From contig CBDDDZ010000004.1 of assembly GCA_965226795.1 (NCBI GenBank), positions 352,001 through 416,000 of the forward strand: DNA of 64,000 bases. Reading direction: 5' to 3'. The stretch is from Candidatus Latescibacterota bacterium. GTDB lineage: Bacteria > Latescibacterota > UBA2968 > GCA-2709665. How positions within the stretch are numbered: position 1 is the first letter of the stretch; every line of letters begins with the position of its first letter. Positions 20,301-29,985 of the stretch are shown here, piece by piece. The translations under genes were made by a program, and so were the position numbers. Below the pieces are notes generated by a model. That model did not search any database, was not told where the DNA came from, and saw only the letters and a list, made by a program, of their open reading frames with translations.

Positions 20301-20393
20301 TTCAACGTCCCCGGCGCTGCGACAGTAACTCGCCTTCTCTTTTTCCAGTCGACGCCTGCATTCTCTCTCTTCATCGCTGTTCCAGGCCGGCAT
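17373..20393 (-). CDS. Heparinase II/III-like polysaccharide lyase family protein
   Basis: DGSTAEGSSYY, GHDHPDALN, DLGY and HNLVVMD motifs, N-terminal CxxC...CxxC. RBS GAAGGAGG before ATG 20393. Confidence 0.8.
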   Translation of the reverse strand: MPAWNSDEERECRRRLEKEKASYCRSAGDVEHPCLGVRDDNLDIARANIRRHDWAKQHYEDLLELGDYYADRSDAWIAHMVPGLTPAQVYGTFCPACGADNTYRMRWIDRDPDKLVCFHCGATMTDDAFPEEGRLELPRSGQTLTYYVRPEEKGDPEFTTGRNAFIWAGRRVHSSYSGAVRQQKVHRMPAVARNLAILYRMEGEDRYARAAAAILKRFADVYPTYLFRDYWNTFMDCDPLYACELMAQDRGIARYEVNPCPDQDARSPMKSGRLIQTFWGCGRLSGGGVQSEAHYITMLAEALDLLWDEKCGHGHLYLTEQERERIVKDLLVEGLFTFTHWEGINNKVAGCREGEVVLGRFLGVPDYVHRGVDGFEPYIKGFFKFDGSTAEGSSYYLYAVANVRNLPEVAHGYSDPPTYRRDDRYDNLDLYEPGGPFHTVLRARTLMTLPDGRLPHTADALEGPTDWPYPAWIHNLGLVRMGDDFAPFVRLDTGDAFALFNRPAELQPAAPPPLRDRFFPGWLLAIFNTGYDGMFQSDLTGTATFLMNFYKPEGHDHPDALNIAMLAEGVEVLSDLGYIGDHPLNASIRSTLKHNLVVMDEQEQLLRDRRPPGNLRLLATSPATKIIEADCRAYEQAETYRRCCAMIHTGTGPAYLVDVFRVRGGAVHDYAIHGEGRISAPPADHRAIPLEERPGVLGKDIEKLHVGRPAAQWTVSWTDCGMTMRARLVSPVDEIILGEGPGQRDHAEIGARHDYLFARKAEAGPGNTFVAVIDHFRKDPDIREVQPLCLPGDAGGPVALRIGRRTGADTVIQTLDQTERTYDDIAFAGRAAVYTRCEDARQSLFLTEATRFASPGLTVALEVASIEGDIVDRDRRGFRTRDTLPHPDALVDHFVRVRDPDQGCWTAYRVRSAAASRIDVDEFPFNAGTTYHIPSLFRIEQASDDTYRVRTTTPARLSIRTPYRGAFLQHGDSARTELETQETAGMLSINIDPRTTRSDGTLLRLA

Positions 20394-20859
20394 AAGACCT
20401 CCTTCCGGGGAATGACCTCTAACAAACCGCAACACACTCAAGCGGCTTTTCGGGCTCCCGCGGGAACGCCTTTCGGAAGATAACGTCCAGGTTCGCACGT
20501 ATTGGAATTAACGACACCTTCGCATCGCTCCGGCGAGACCGACGCGTTTCTCGAGGGAACGAATTGACGGAAATCACCCCGGTCCTGGATGTCCGGGTGA
20601 AACTCGTTTGATGCGCCTGTGGCGGTCGAAAAAACAATAATGGAGAAGGAACTCGCGCCTGTCAAGAGGAAAGAACGATTCGGGCAAATTCGGGGAACCA
20701 AATGGTCTCCGGCCTGGAAACCGATTCCGAGATGCGAAAATAAAAAATCATATGTTATTGAAAACAATATAGTCTGAAAAGATAATTCGGGGCGCGAACC
20801 GCACCGGACTCGGCAGTCCGGTTATCCCCGGACGGAATGGAAAACGCGTACGGAAAAAC

Positions 20860-21034
20860 GGTTGACAATTGAACAAAAAAATAATTGTTTTGTATCAATT
20901 GGAAGCATGAAGTAGATGGATGAAGTTTCTGTCTCCTTTGCAGTCCCGAAGTGCGTCTGGCAAGGATCAGAAGTTCCGGTCCTTGCCCTTTTGAGTTTCA
21001 TCAGATTTCTAACGCTGAAAGGTGGTGAAGTACT
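20860..21034 (+). promoter_or_regulatory. AT-rich promoter region and structured 5' leader of the csp gene
   Basis: TTGACA at 20862, inverted repeat CAATTGA-ACAAAA...TTTTGT-A-TCAATTG, and leader hairpin GGCAAGGATC / GGTCCTTGCC (20959-20987) followed by CTTTT. Confidence 0.5.
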
Positions 21035-21244
21035 GTGCCAGAAGGTCGCGTAAAGTGGTTCAACGACGCCAAGGGTTACGGCTTTATCGAAAGGGATGAC
21101 GGCGAGGATATCTTCGTGCATTTTTCGGCTCTCCAGGGCGATGGCTTCAAGTCGTTGACCGAAGGTGAAGTGGTTTCATTTGAAGTCGTGCAGGGGCCCA
21201 AGGGCGCCCAGGCTGCGGATGTCGTAAAGCTGGGGCAGGCTTAA
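21035..21244 (+). CDS. Cold-shock protein (CspA family)
   Basis: [15 protein letters not shown] and DIFVHFS (RNP1/RNP2). GTG start. Confidence 0.97.
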   Translation: MPEGRVKWFNDAKGYGFIERDDGEDIFVHFSALQGDGFKSLTEGEVVSFEVVQGPKGAQAADVVKLGQA

Positions 21245-21299
21245 CCTGTAGCCGCGATCCGATTTCACCCCATGTGAATCCTCAATCGATCCGTTCGAC

Positions 21300-21334
21300 G
21301 GGCGTCGGTTCAAGAATCGACGCCCTTTTTATTT
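21300..21334 (+). terminator. Rho-independent terminator
   Basis: GGGCGTCGGTT-caag-AATCGACGCCC followed by TTTTTATTT. Confidence 0.85.
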
Positions 21335-21747
21335 GATCCTGGCAGGGTCACCCGGAGGCCAACGGAATACAGCGTCGGGACCGTTAGCCGCGGGCATTGC
21401 CGGGGACATGCCTGGCGCGGCTTCACTATGCTCAGCCCGGTCTGCGCCGTGCCCGGCACGGCAGGCAGGCCGTCAACGCCACGCCCTACCCCTGACCCTT
21501 GATCATTAACACGAATCCCTGAACAAGCAGTTATGGACAAACATGTATCCATTTTGCGTAAGAGCCGCACTGCAGGACTCTAAAGATCCAAAGAGAACTT
21601 GATATTGCACACAACAATCCTTTAATTTCATGGGTAGTTCAGGGTGAAGCGGGCAGCCCCGGATAGGTAAAGACCAGGGTCGGAGTCGCCAGGCAGGACT
21701 CAACGGGATAACGTTTTTTCGTCAACCTACGAACAGAGCCGCGCGGT

Positions 21748-23115
21748 ATGGAAAACCAATATGACGTGATCGTAATCGGGAGCGGACCGGGCGGAGAGGG
21801 CGCGGCCATGAAGGCGACCAAGGAGGGGAAGCGGGTCGCCGTGGTGGATAACCGGCCCTCGGTGGGCGGAAGTTGCACCCATCAGACCACCATTCCCAGC
21901 AAGGCGCTGAGGCACGCCATCCAGAAGCTGGTAGATACCGGTCGGTACAACGACTCCCGGTTTCAGGATCTTTTGCAGACGGCGGAGGGCGTGATTCGTC
22001 GGCAGGTCGACCTGCGCCAGGGATTCTACGCCAGGAATTTCGTGGATGTGATCCACGGGCGCGCCGCGTTCGAGGACAGTTATGGAATTCAGGTCCTTCT
22101 GCAAAACGGGGGTGTGAGCCGTTACCGCGCGGACGGATTCGTCATCGCCACCGGTGCAAGGCCATACCATCCGCCTGACTTGGATTTTTCGCATCCGCGG
22201 ATCGTGGACAGCGATTCGATACTGGAGTTTCAGGAACATCCCAGGTCGGTGACGATTTACGGGGCGGGGGTGATCGGCTGTGAATATGCGTCTATTTTCA
22301 GAGGATTGCAGATCAAGGTCAATCTGATTAACAGCCTGGACCGTCTGCTGGCGTTCCTGGACGACGAGATTGTGGATGCGCTGAGCTATCACCTGCGTGA
22401 ACAGGGGGTGCTGATAAGGCACAACGAGGAGTACGAACGGGTGGTGGCCGACGATCGCGGCGTACGCCTGCATCTCAAGTCCAATAAGGAAATTTTCAGC
22501 GACTGCCTGTTCTGGGCGCAGGGCCGAACCGGGAACTCGGATGAGATGGGGCTCGAGGAGATCGGCATCCAGCGAGACTTCAGGGGCAATGTTGTGGTAA
22601 ACGAGTTCTACCAGACGGCTCAGAACCATATCTACGCGGTGGGCGACGTGGTGGGGTATCCCAACCTCGCCAGCGCCGCGTACGACCAGGGGCGTTTCGC
22701 GGCCACCCATCTCATATTCGGGGTATGCGAGGCCCACCTGGTCAAAGACATCCCGACGGGCATCTACACGCTTCCGGAAATCAGTTCGGTCGGGCTTACG
22801 GAGCAGGAATTGACGGGGAAGAAGATCCCCTTCGAGGTTGGACACGCGTCGTTCCGACACCTTGCCCGGGCACAGATCACGGGTCGGACCACAGGGATGC
22901 TGAAAATTCTGTTTCATCGGGAGACCCTGGAGATTCTGGGCATTCATTGTTTCGGATCCGAGGCATCGGAAATCGTCCACATCGGCCAGGCGATTATGGC
23001 GCAGAAGGGTGACGGCAATACGCTGATGTACTTTATCAACACAACGTTCAACTATCCGACAATGGCCGAAGCCTACCGCGTGGCGGCGCTCAACGGACTG
23101 AACAGGGTGCGATAG
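21748..23115 (+). CDS. sthA: Soluble NAD(P)+ transhydrogenase
   Basis: [23 protein letters not shown] (CxxxxT), [13 protein letters not shown] and [20 protein letters not shown]. Confidence 0.93.
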   Translation: MENQYDVIVIGSGPGGEGAAMKATKEGKRVAVVDNRPSVGGSCTHQTTIPSKALRHAIQKLVDTGRYNDSRFQDLLQTAEGVIRRQVDLRQGFYARNFVDVIHGRAAFEDSYGIQVLLQNGGVSRYRADGFVIATGARPYHPPDLDFSHPRIVDSDSILEFQEHPRSVTIYGAGVIGCEYASIFRGLQIKVNLINSLDRLLAFLDDEIVDALSYHLREQGVLIRHNEEYERVVADDRGVRLHLKSNKEIFSDCLFWAQGRTGNSDEMGLEEIGIQRDFRGNVVVNEFYQTAQNHIYAVGDVVGYPNLASAAYDQGRFAATHLIFGVCEAHLVKDIPTGIYTLPEISSVGLTEQELTGKKIPFEVGHASFRHLARAQITGRTTGMLKILFHRETLEILGIHCFGSEASEIVHIGQAIMAQKGDGNTLMYFINTTFNYPTMAEAYRVAALNGLNRVR

Positions 23116-23194
23116 GCCGGATCTCGGAAAATCACCCTGACAGCTTCCAACGAGAGTTCCGCGATTCCCGGAAGGGGCCCCACAATATTACAGG

Positions 23195-23881
23195 GTGTTT
23201 TCGCCTATGCGGTCTAACCCGAAATCATCCACAACGAATCTTGAAGTCATTTATATCGACAACCATCTGCTGGTGGTCCGGAAACCCTCGGGAATGCTTG
23301 CACAGGGAGACCGCACGGGTGACCGGTCGCTGCTGGAATACGGCAAGGCGTACGTGAAGGCGGCGTTCAACAAACCGGGCGACGCCTTTCTGGGGCTGGT
23401 GCATCGTCTGGACCGGCCTACATCAGGGGTAATGGTCTTTGCCCGGACGTCCAAGGCGGCTGCCAGGCTTTCGGAACAGTTTCGAGCCCGTCGGATTGGA
23501 AAGATCTACTGGGCGCTGGTGGAGGGAAAGACGCCCCGGGAGGGCCGCATGGCGGATACGCTGTTGCGCGCCGGACCTTCGAGTAGGGTGTCCGACAGGG
23601 GACAGGAGGCGGTGCTCGGGTTCCGTCGATTGCGGTTCGAACGGGGAATATCGTGGGTGGAGATCCGGCCGAAAACGGGCAGACATCATCAGATCCGGGT
23701 ACAGTTCGCGCACCGCGGGCATCCCGTTGTCGGCGATTTCCGGTACGGTGCGAGTATCGGGTTTCCGGAAAAGAGCCTGGCGCTCCATGCGCGTGCCCTC
23801 ACGCTGCTCCATCCGACCCGGAAGGAGGAGATGACGTTCACGGCGGCGCCCGAGGTGTTCTGGCCGGCGAAATTCCGGTGA
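23195..23881 (+). CDS. RluA-family pseudouridine synthase
   Basis: HRLDRPTSG, TGRHHQIR and LALHA motifs. Confidence 0.92.
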   Translation: MFSPMRSNPKSSTTNLEVIYIDNHLLVVRKPSGMLAQGDRTGDRSLLEYGKAYVKAAFNKPGDAFLGLVHRLDRPTSGVMVFARTSKAAARLSEQFRARRIGKIYWALVEGKTPREGRMADTLLRAGPSSRVSDRGQEAVLGFRRLRFERGISWVEIRPKTGRHHQIRVQFAHRGHPVVGDFRYGASIGFPEKSLALHARALTLLHPTRKEEMTFTAAPEVFWPAKFR

Positions 23882-24015
23882 GACGAGCGCCGGGGGGGGT
23901 TCCTGCGGACATTGCCAGTCACATGGAATCCGGGTGACGCCGAACCATTGTCCTTTACTCGGAAGTACGGCACAGCAGATGGATACGAATTCATTTAGCT
24001 GAAAGGAGATTGTGC

Positions 24016-24411
24016 GTGAACCGGAACGAGCAGCAGCCGTTGAGCGACATACAGGTTGATCGGAACAACCTGTATCGGGAAGAGAACTATACTGACCTGA
24101 AGGTGGCGTCCATCCGCAGATTGGTTCCGGTGAAGCCGGATGGAACGCCCGATAGGACCCGGCGTCAGGTGTTTATCGGACAGACCCATCTGATGTCACA
24201 GATGGGTCCGCTCCCCGTGCAATGCAACATTGAGGCCGCAGACCTGGAAGAGGCGCTCCGGAAGTTTCCGCAGGCGCTGGCGCGATCCGTGGAGGATATG
24301 ATGGAGGAGGCCAACGAAAAGCGGCGCCAGGAGTCCTCCCGGATTGTGGTGCCGGGCGCGGGTGGACTGCCGGGCGCGCCTCCGCCGGGCGGGGCGATCA
24401 ATCTCGGGTAG
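24016..24411 (+). CDS. Conserved hypothetical cytoplasmic protein
   Basis: AAGGAG RBS. NLYREENYTDLKVASIRRLVPV...SRIVVPG pattern; function unknown. Confidence 0.75.
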   Translation: MNRNEQQPLSDIQVDRNNLYREENYTDLKVASIRRLVPVKPDGTPDRTRRQVFIGQTHLMSQMGPLPVQCNIEAADLEEALRKFPQALARSVEDMMEEANEKRRQESSRIVVPGAGGLPGAPPPGGAINLG

Positions 24412-24480
24412 GACATAAGCCGGCGCAAGGCTGCCGGAAGTTGAGGACGGCTGGCTGGAATCACTACGCGTTGTGGTTGG

Positions 24481-24510
24481 AATCAGGGCGCATCAATATG
24501 CGCCCTGATT
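24481..24510. terminator. Perfect 13-bp hairpin between convergent genes
   Basis: AATCAGGGCGCAT-caat-ATGCGCCCTGATT, abutting the stop of the DapA-like gene. Terminator or REP. Confidence 0.55.
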
Positions 24511-25382
24511 TATGTCAGCAGCGGCTTCATGGCGTCTCTGAGTTCCGCCATTTCGGCTACCGTGAGCGGCTGTACGGGCTTGCGGCACGGACCCACCGGT
24601 CTGCCGGAGAGGTTGGTGGCGGCTTTTACGGAGGCGTTGTAAACGTGGGTCCAGAAAAAACGGTTGGTGGGAAACATTCGCCGCCAGAGGTCCCTTGCCT
24701 CGGAAAGATGCCCGCCGGCGACCAGATTATAGAGATCGACGGCCTCTTTCGGCATGGCGTTGACCGCACCCCATACGCAGCCCGGGCATCCTGCAACCAG
24801 GCTGAAGAATGCGATGGGGTCCCCTCCGTTGAAGACCTCGGCGCCGATGGCGAGCAGTTCCTGGATACGTAGAATGTCCGCCGTGCTGTCCTTGATATAT
24901 CGAACGTTTTCGATTTCCATGAGGCGTTTGAAGAAGGCCGGGGAAATATCGATGCCCGTGTGGACGGGGATGTTGTAAACCATAATCGGCGTGCTGACGG
25001 ATTCGGAGATTTCCGTATAGTGCGCGTACACGCCTTCCATGTCGGGACCTTCAAAATAGGGCGGTAGCACAAGCAGGCAGTCGGCACCCACGCCCTCGGC
25101 GTGTTTGGCGTATTCTATCGTCTCCGACGTGCTGACCGCGGAGGCCATGGCCACAAAGTCGGCCCTGCCATCGAGGTGTTCGGCAGCGAGTTCGGCGAGG
25201 CGCCTGCGTTCCTGAGGTCGCAGACAGGCGAACTCACCCGTGCCGCCGTTGATGAGGATACTGTGGACGCCGGCTTCCAGCATGGAGTCGATATGATTTC
25301 TCAGCGCGGTTTCGTCGATCCGTTCACCGTCGCCGGTAAAGGGAGTGCATAGAGCCGCGCAGATACCCCGGAGCTCTTTCAT
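24510..25382 (-). CDS. DapA/NAL-family class I aldolase or dehydratase
   Basis: GGTGE (not the canonical GTTGE), YNIP and IKDS (Schiff-base Lys). Start ATG 25382. Confidence 0.88.
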   Translation of the reverse strand: MKELRGICAALCTPFTGDGERIDETALRNHIDSMLEAGVHSILINGGTGEFACLRPQERRRLAELAAEHLDGRADFVAMASAVSTSETIEYAKHAEGVGADCLLVLPPYFEGPDMEGVYAHYTEISESVSTPIMVYNIPVHTGIDISPAFFKRLMEIENVRYIKDSTADILRIQELLAIGAEVFNGGDPIAFFSLVAGCPGCVWGAVNAMPKEAVDLYNLVAGGHLSEARDLWRRMFPTNRFFWTHVYNASVKAATNLSGRPVGPCRKPVQPLTVAEMAELRDAMKPLLT

Positions 25383-25557
25383 AACGGTCTCCTGTTCGAT
25401 AAATCGCGACACCTCAGTGCGCCGAACGCAGATCCGGCCTGCATTCCACGGCGGGTGGTCCGAACTGCGTTCTGCAAAGGTACGGCGAAATCTGAATTTC
25501 TCCAACAACGCAACGTCGAGAGTGAATTGAGTGGGGGATCAGGGGTTGAGAAGGGTC

Positions 25558-25586
25558 TTGACACGGTCCGGGGAAAAATCAATATT
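25558..25586 (+). promoter_or_regulatory. Putative sigma70 promoter
   Basis: TTGACA-17 bp-AATATT upstream of 25777. Confidence 0.4.
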
Positions 25587-25776
25587 GGCGGAAATCAGGA
25601 ACGACCGGGGCGCACGAACTTTTGCCCGGATGACTTTGTCTGGCGATTCCGTGTGATATCCCGGGTGATCTTGAAGTCTCTGCGGTTCGCGATACCGCAC
25701 CCTGGTTCCATGGTCCGTGCGTCGGGTTGAGAGTCGTCCATGGGCTAGAATTGTCGGACTTTCGGAGGAGGTTGAC

Positions 25777-27576
25777 ATGTCGCAGGTGAGGGAGGTTGGT
25801 ATTCCGGTTCGCGCGGTAAACCGCGCGCAGTTGTTTGCGGGGCGAAACGGTGCCGGTGAACCGTGTCTGTATGCCACGATGTCGCAGCAGGCCGCGAATC
25901 TTTTCGTGTTGCAGATCGATCCGGAAACGGGGCGGTTGCGTCAATTCTGGCCGGACGTTCCCGACTCGAACTACACCACCGCCGTCTATCAGGCACGTAA
26001 CGGACGGCTCTATATCGGGGCGGCGCATTCGGGGCAGCTGTACTGTTTCGATCCCGAGCAGGACAATCTGGTGAATTTCGGCACGATCAACGGGAAGGCG
26101 GCTATTTTTCCGTGCAGGATCGACGAGGATTCACGGGGACTCATCTGGATTTCCAGCTATGGCACCGCGGATCTGACGAGCTTCAACCCCGAAACCGGGG
26201 AGTTTACCCGGTACGGCCGGCTGGACGAGGTGGATATGTATGCCTCCTGCTACGTGAATACCGACGACACCGTCGCGTCGATGATCATGCAGACCCGGCC
26301 GCACGTGGTGGTCCTTGACCCGAAGACTGGCGAGAAACGGACGGTGGGGCCGGTCGTGACTCGCGGCGAAGGGACGCTGACCCTTCACCGGGGTGAGGAT
26401 GGCAACCTGTACATCGAGTCGAGTGAAGGGAACTACCGCCTGGAGGGTATGGATGCCGTCCCCGTGGATGAGACCGTTCCCGCGGAAGCCGTCAAGTCCG
26501 CCTTGCCCGATGGGAGTACGTTCCGGTTCGTGGACGCGGTGGAGCAGACCTGCCGAATTCTCGAAGTAACGGGCCCCGACGGCGCGGCGAAGACCTTCAA
26601 CATCGAATTCGAGGCGGCCGGAACCGATATCTTCTGTTTGCACGGCGGTCCGGATGGTTGCGTGTACGGATCCAGCGTCCTGCCGGAGCGGCTGTTCCGA
26701 TTTGACCCCGACAAGGATGATCTTACGGACCTGGGCATCTGTTCGACCGCCACCGGCGAGGCGTATTCGATGGCGAATCTGGACGGAAAGATCTACATCT
26801 CGTCATACCCGGGTGCTAGAATCTCCATTTACGATCCGTCTCAGCCATACCATTTCGGCGAAAGCCGTGGCAGCAATCCATGGGACATAGGGCGGGTGGA
26901 CAACATATCGTACCGGCCGCGTTCAACGCTGGGGGGTCCAGGCGGCAAAGTTTGGCTGGCATCCATTCCGGACTACGGGAGGTGGGGCGGGCCGCTTTCA
27001 TACTACGACGCGGAAACAGAGGAGAAAAAGGCGTTCTATCGGATTGTGGGAGACGGAAGCTGCTATACCCTGGCGCATCTGGAGGCGGAAGCACTGATCG
27101 CCGTCGGCACGAACATCAGCGCAGGGAGCGGGACACAGCCCCGGGTGGACGAAGCGGTGCTTTTCCTCTTCGATTACGAAGAAGAAGAGAAAGTCTGGGA
27201 AGGCGCGCCGGATCCGCCGGTGACAGTCTTCAACGCACTCGTTTCCGTTCCGGACGGGCGGCTTTTCGGCACGTTCAGTGGCAAAGAACGCGGATCGGAG
27301 CTTTTCGTGTTCGACCCGAGGGATCGGGCGTTCACGGATCGGATATCCGCCCCCGAGGGCGGACCGGTGGACAATGGGCTGCAACTGGGTCCCGACGGAC
27401 AAATTTACGGCTTGACCCATACCCTGATCTACCGGCTGGATCCCGACTCGCTCTCCGTAGACGTCATCGTGGAATTCGACGAGAGGTTGATTGGGCACGG
27501 GGCGGCCGGGCCGATTGTGGGGAATGACATATATTTCTCTTCGGGGCACCGGTTGATGGCTGCCCAGATATTGTAA
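25777..27576 (+). CDS. Beta-propeller repeat protein of unknown function
   Basis: Repeated GxDGxxY and FDPxT strands, IPDYGRWGG motif. GGAGGAGG RBS. Confidence 0.75.
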   Translation: MSQVREVGIPVRAVNRAQLFAGRNGAGEPCLYATMSQQAANLFVLQIDPETGRLRQFWPDVPDSNYTTAVYQARNGRLYIGAAHSGQLYCFDPEQDNLVNFGTINGKAAIFPCRIDEDSRGLIWISSYGTADLTSFNPETGEFTRYGRLDEVDMYASCYVNTDDTVASMIMQTRPHVVVLDPKTGEKRTVGPVVTRGEGTLTLHRGEDGNLYIESSEGNYRLEGMDAVPVDETVPAEAVKSALPDGSTFRFVDAVEQTCRILEVTGPDGAAKTFNIEFEAAGTDIFCLHGGPDGCVYGSSVLPERLFRFDPDKDDLTDLGICSTATGEAYSMANLDGKIYISSYPGARISIYDPSQPYHFGESRGSNPWDIGRVDNISYRPRSTLGGPGGKVWLASIPDYGRWGGPLSYYDAETEEKKAFYRIVGDGSCYTLAHLEAEALIAVGTNISAGSGTQPRVDEAVLFLFDYEEEEKVWEGAPDPPVTVFNALVSVPDGRLFGTFSGKERGSELFVFDPRDRAFTDRISAPEGGPVDNGLQLGPDGQIYGLTHTLIYRLDPDSLSVDVIVEFDERLIGHGAAGPIVGNDIYFSSGHRLMAAQIL

Positions 27577-27624
27577 CCGCGCAGAAACACCGGCAACGCA
27601 CACTCCGGAAGGCCGGGATTTCCC

Positions 27625-28143
27625 ATGCATTCAACGCGCGTTTCGGAGATCGACTGGACCACGTGGACGGCCGTGGACCCGGCCACGCTCATCTTCGTGA
27701 TCCGCGGTGGCCAAATTCTGTTGATTCACAAGAAACGCGGGCTGGGCGCGGGCAAGATCAACGGGCCGGGCGGACGCCTCGAGCCAGGGGAAGCGCCGGA
27801 GGCCGCCGCGATGCGCGAACTGCGCGAAGAACTCGGCGTCACCGCGGTGAATCCCGTTCGCGTGGGGGAGCATCGCTTCCAGTTTGTGGACGGGTACTCT
27901 ACATACGTCCACGTCTACCGCGCCTCGGGATTGCACGGGACCCCGGTTGAGACGGATGAAGCGGTCCCGCTGTGGGTCGACCTGGATGCCATCCCGTACG
28001 ACCGGATGTGGGAGGACGACCGCCTGTGGCTGCCGCTGCTGGTGGCCGGGCAGCGGTTCTCCGGCTACTGGATCTTCGACGGCGACCGCATGATGGACTA
28101 CCGCCTGGACGTGCTGGAGGAGTCCTTTGCCACCGGCTCCTGA
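27625..28143 (+). CDS. NUDIX hydrolase (8-oxo-dGTPase/MTH1-like)
   Basis: GGRLEPGEAPEAAAMRELREELG Nudix box and MWEDDRLWLP. Confidence 0.9.
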   Translation: MHSTRVSEIDWTTWTAVDPATLIFVIRGGQILLIHKKRGLGAGKINGPGGRLEPGEAPEAAAMRELREELGVTAVNPVRVGEHRFQFVDGYSTYVHVYRASGLHGTPVETDEAVPLWVDLDAIPYDRMWEDDRLWLPLLVAGQRFSGYWIFDGDRMMDYRLDVLEESFATGS

Positions 28144-28221
28144 ACGTCGTCCGACCCAGAGGGTGGTAAGCCCCGCATGGGGTTGCCTATCTTGAACTTG
28201 ACCGCGAAAGGAATGAAAGAA

Positions 28222-29883
28222 ATGGCAAACCTGTGGAAAATCGAGCCTGAAATGTCGGAGGCGTTGCTGGATGCGGTGCCCGGGATTCTTGCGGATCAGC
28301 GGACGGATGGACGGTTTGGCACGGAGCCCTGGATCTGCCGGGACCAGCATCTGATACTGCCTCTGGCCGCGGCCTGGACGCTTGATAATAGTCCTTATAG
28401 AGGGAATGAGGAGGTCCTGGCGGCAATTGTGCGCGGCGGCGATGCGCTGATTGAGGCCCAGGACGAGGCCGGGATGTGGACGTTTTTGAAGAAGGACTAT
28501 TCGGAGTGGGGGCAAATCTACATGCCCTGGACGTACAGCCGTTGGATTCACGCGTATCAGCTGGTTCGGGAGGGGATGGACGGCCAGGCGCGCGCCCGAT
28601 GGAACGAGGCATTGATGCTGGGATTCGAGGGTATTTCGCAGACGTGCCTGCATCGGATTCACAATATTCCCACCCACCACGCAATGTCGCTCTATTGCGC
28701 CGGGATGGTGTTTGAGCGCCAGGATTGGAAGACGCAGGCGCAGGAATTCATCCACGAGGTAGTGGCGGCGCAGTCCTCGTACGGGTGGTGGACCGAAAAC
28801 GTGGGGCCGGTCGTGTCCTACAACTACGTGTATTCGGATGCAATGGGCATTTATTACAAGATGTCGGGGGATGGGCGCGTGCTGGAGTCGATTGAGAAAG
28901 CAGCGCGGTTTCACTCCAATTACATTTATCCGGACGGGAGCGTGGTGGAGACGGTGGACGAGCGCAATGTGTACAAAGACGGCGTTCGCCAGGGCAATCC
29001 GGGGTTCAGCCACACCGCTCCGGGAAGAGGATATCTGGCCCGTCAACATCGGTTGTTTCTGGAGAACGGCGGGACGTTCGACGTTGACTATGCCTCCCAC
29101 ATGCTGCTTTACGGGGGCGAAGGGGAAATCGAGGAGACTGCGGCCGACCGGGAGCGGCATACGTACGCGATGGGTGGCGATTCGCTGATCGTCTCGCGCA
29201 AGCCGTGGTTCCTGAGTCTGTCGGCCTATTGTTGTCCGCTTAATGAGAATCGGTTCCGGCAGGACCGGCAGAATTTCGTCAGTTTATTCCACGAGAAAAC
29301 CGGGTTGATTGCCGGGGGCGGCAATACCAAGCTGCAGCCGCTGTGGAGTACGTTCGCCGTAGGCGATACATCGCTGATGCGGCATACGCCTGGGGATATC
29401 GAACCGGATTTCGGCCCTTTTGACGGGCTGGCGCATATCCCCGACAGGGCTGAAATCGTCAAATATGAAGACTCCCAGGGCGTTGAGTTGCACTATGGTG
29501 AAGACGTGGGGACGGTGACCCTTGCTCCCCAGGGAGACAGGAAGCTGCTTCTGGTTTACGAGGTGGCAGGCAACTCCGGAATGAGCATGCAAGGGCACAT
29601 GACGCTGATCCCGCATCTGGAAGAAGAACTTCGGTCGTCTTCGGGCGAATGCATTGAATTGGGGGCGGATGCCGTGGAATGGAAGGGCGCGGATGGTGCC
29701 TGGTTCGAACACGCGGGCTGGCGACTCTCGCTACCGTCGGGCGCGAGGCTTATTTGGCCGGCGCTGCCGCACAACCCCTACACCAAGGCGGGAGAGGCAC
29801 AGATCGGAGAGGCGCGGCTGGTGCTGGTGCTGCCTTTTTCAGATGGCATGGATCGGTATGAATTGACGCTGGAGATCGTCTAG
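28222..29883 (+). CDS. Hypothetical protein, possibly lyase-like (helical N-terminus, beta C-terminus)
   Basis: Long ORF in an operon context, aromatic-rich. No family recognised with certainty. Confidence 0.7.
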   Translation: MANLWKIEPEMSEALLDAVPGILADQRTDGRFGTEPWICRDQHLILPLAAAWTLDNSPYRGNEEVLAAIVRGGDALIEAQDEAGMWTFLKKDYSEWGQIYMPWTYSRWIHAYQLVREGMDGQARARWNEALMLGFEGISQTCLHRIHNIPTHHAMSLYCAGMVFERQDWKTQAQEFIHEVVAAQSSYGWWTENVGPVVSYNYVYSDAMGIYYKMSGDGRVLESIEKAARFHSNYIYPDGSVVETVDERNVYKDGVRQGNPGFSHTAPGRGYLARQHRLFLENGGTFDVDYASHMLLYGGEGEIEETAADRERHTYAMGGDSLIVSRKPWFLSLSAYCCPLNENRFRQDRQNFVSLFHEKTGLIAGGGNTKLQPLWSTFAVGDTSLMRHTPGDIEPDFGPFDGLAHIPDRAEIVKYEDSQGVELHYGEDVGTVTLAPQGDRKLLLVYEVAGNSGMSMQGHMTLIPHLEEELRSSSGECIELGADAVEWKGADGAWFEHAGWRLSLPSGARLIWPALPHNPYTKAGEAQIGEARLVLVLPFSDGMDRYELTLEIV

Positions 29884-29924
29884 CGGCGCGGATCCGTCAA
29901 ACGCAGGACCGGAACGAAAGGACC

Positions 29925-29958
29925 TGCGGGGCCACGACAGGGAAGTCGTGGCCCCGCA
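29925..29958. repeat. Perfect 14-bp hairpin
   Basis: TGCGGGGCCACGAC-agggaa-GTCGTGGCCCCGCA with no U-tract. Confidence 0.6.
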
Positions 29959-29985
29959 ACATCCCGGGAAACAAAGGAGGCCGTC

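Noticed and set aside
21630..21747. Known riboswitch or Rex site in the sthA leader
   Set aside because: Only short stems are present, and I could not match any consensus I recognise.
21748..23115. The missing E3 for the E1/E2 operon
   Set aside because: It has CxxxxT rather than the redox CxxxxC, and an SthA-type C-terminus.
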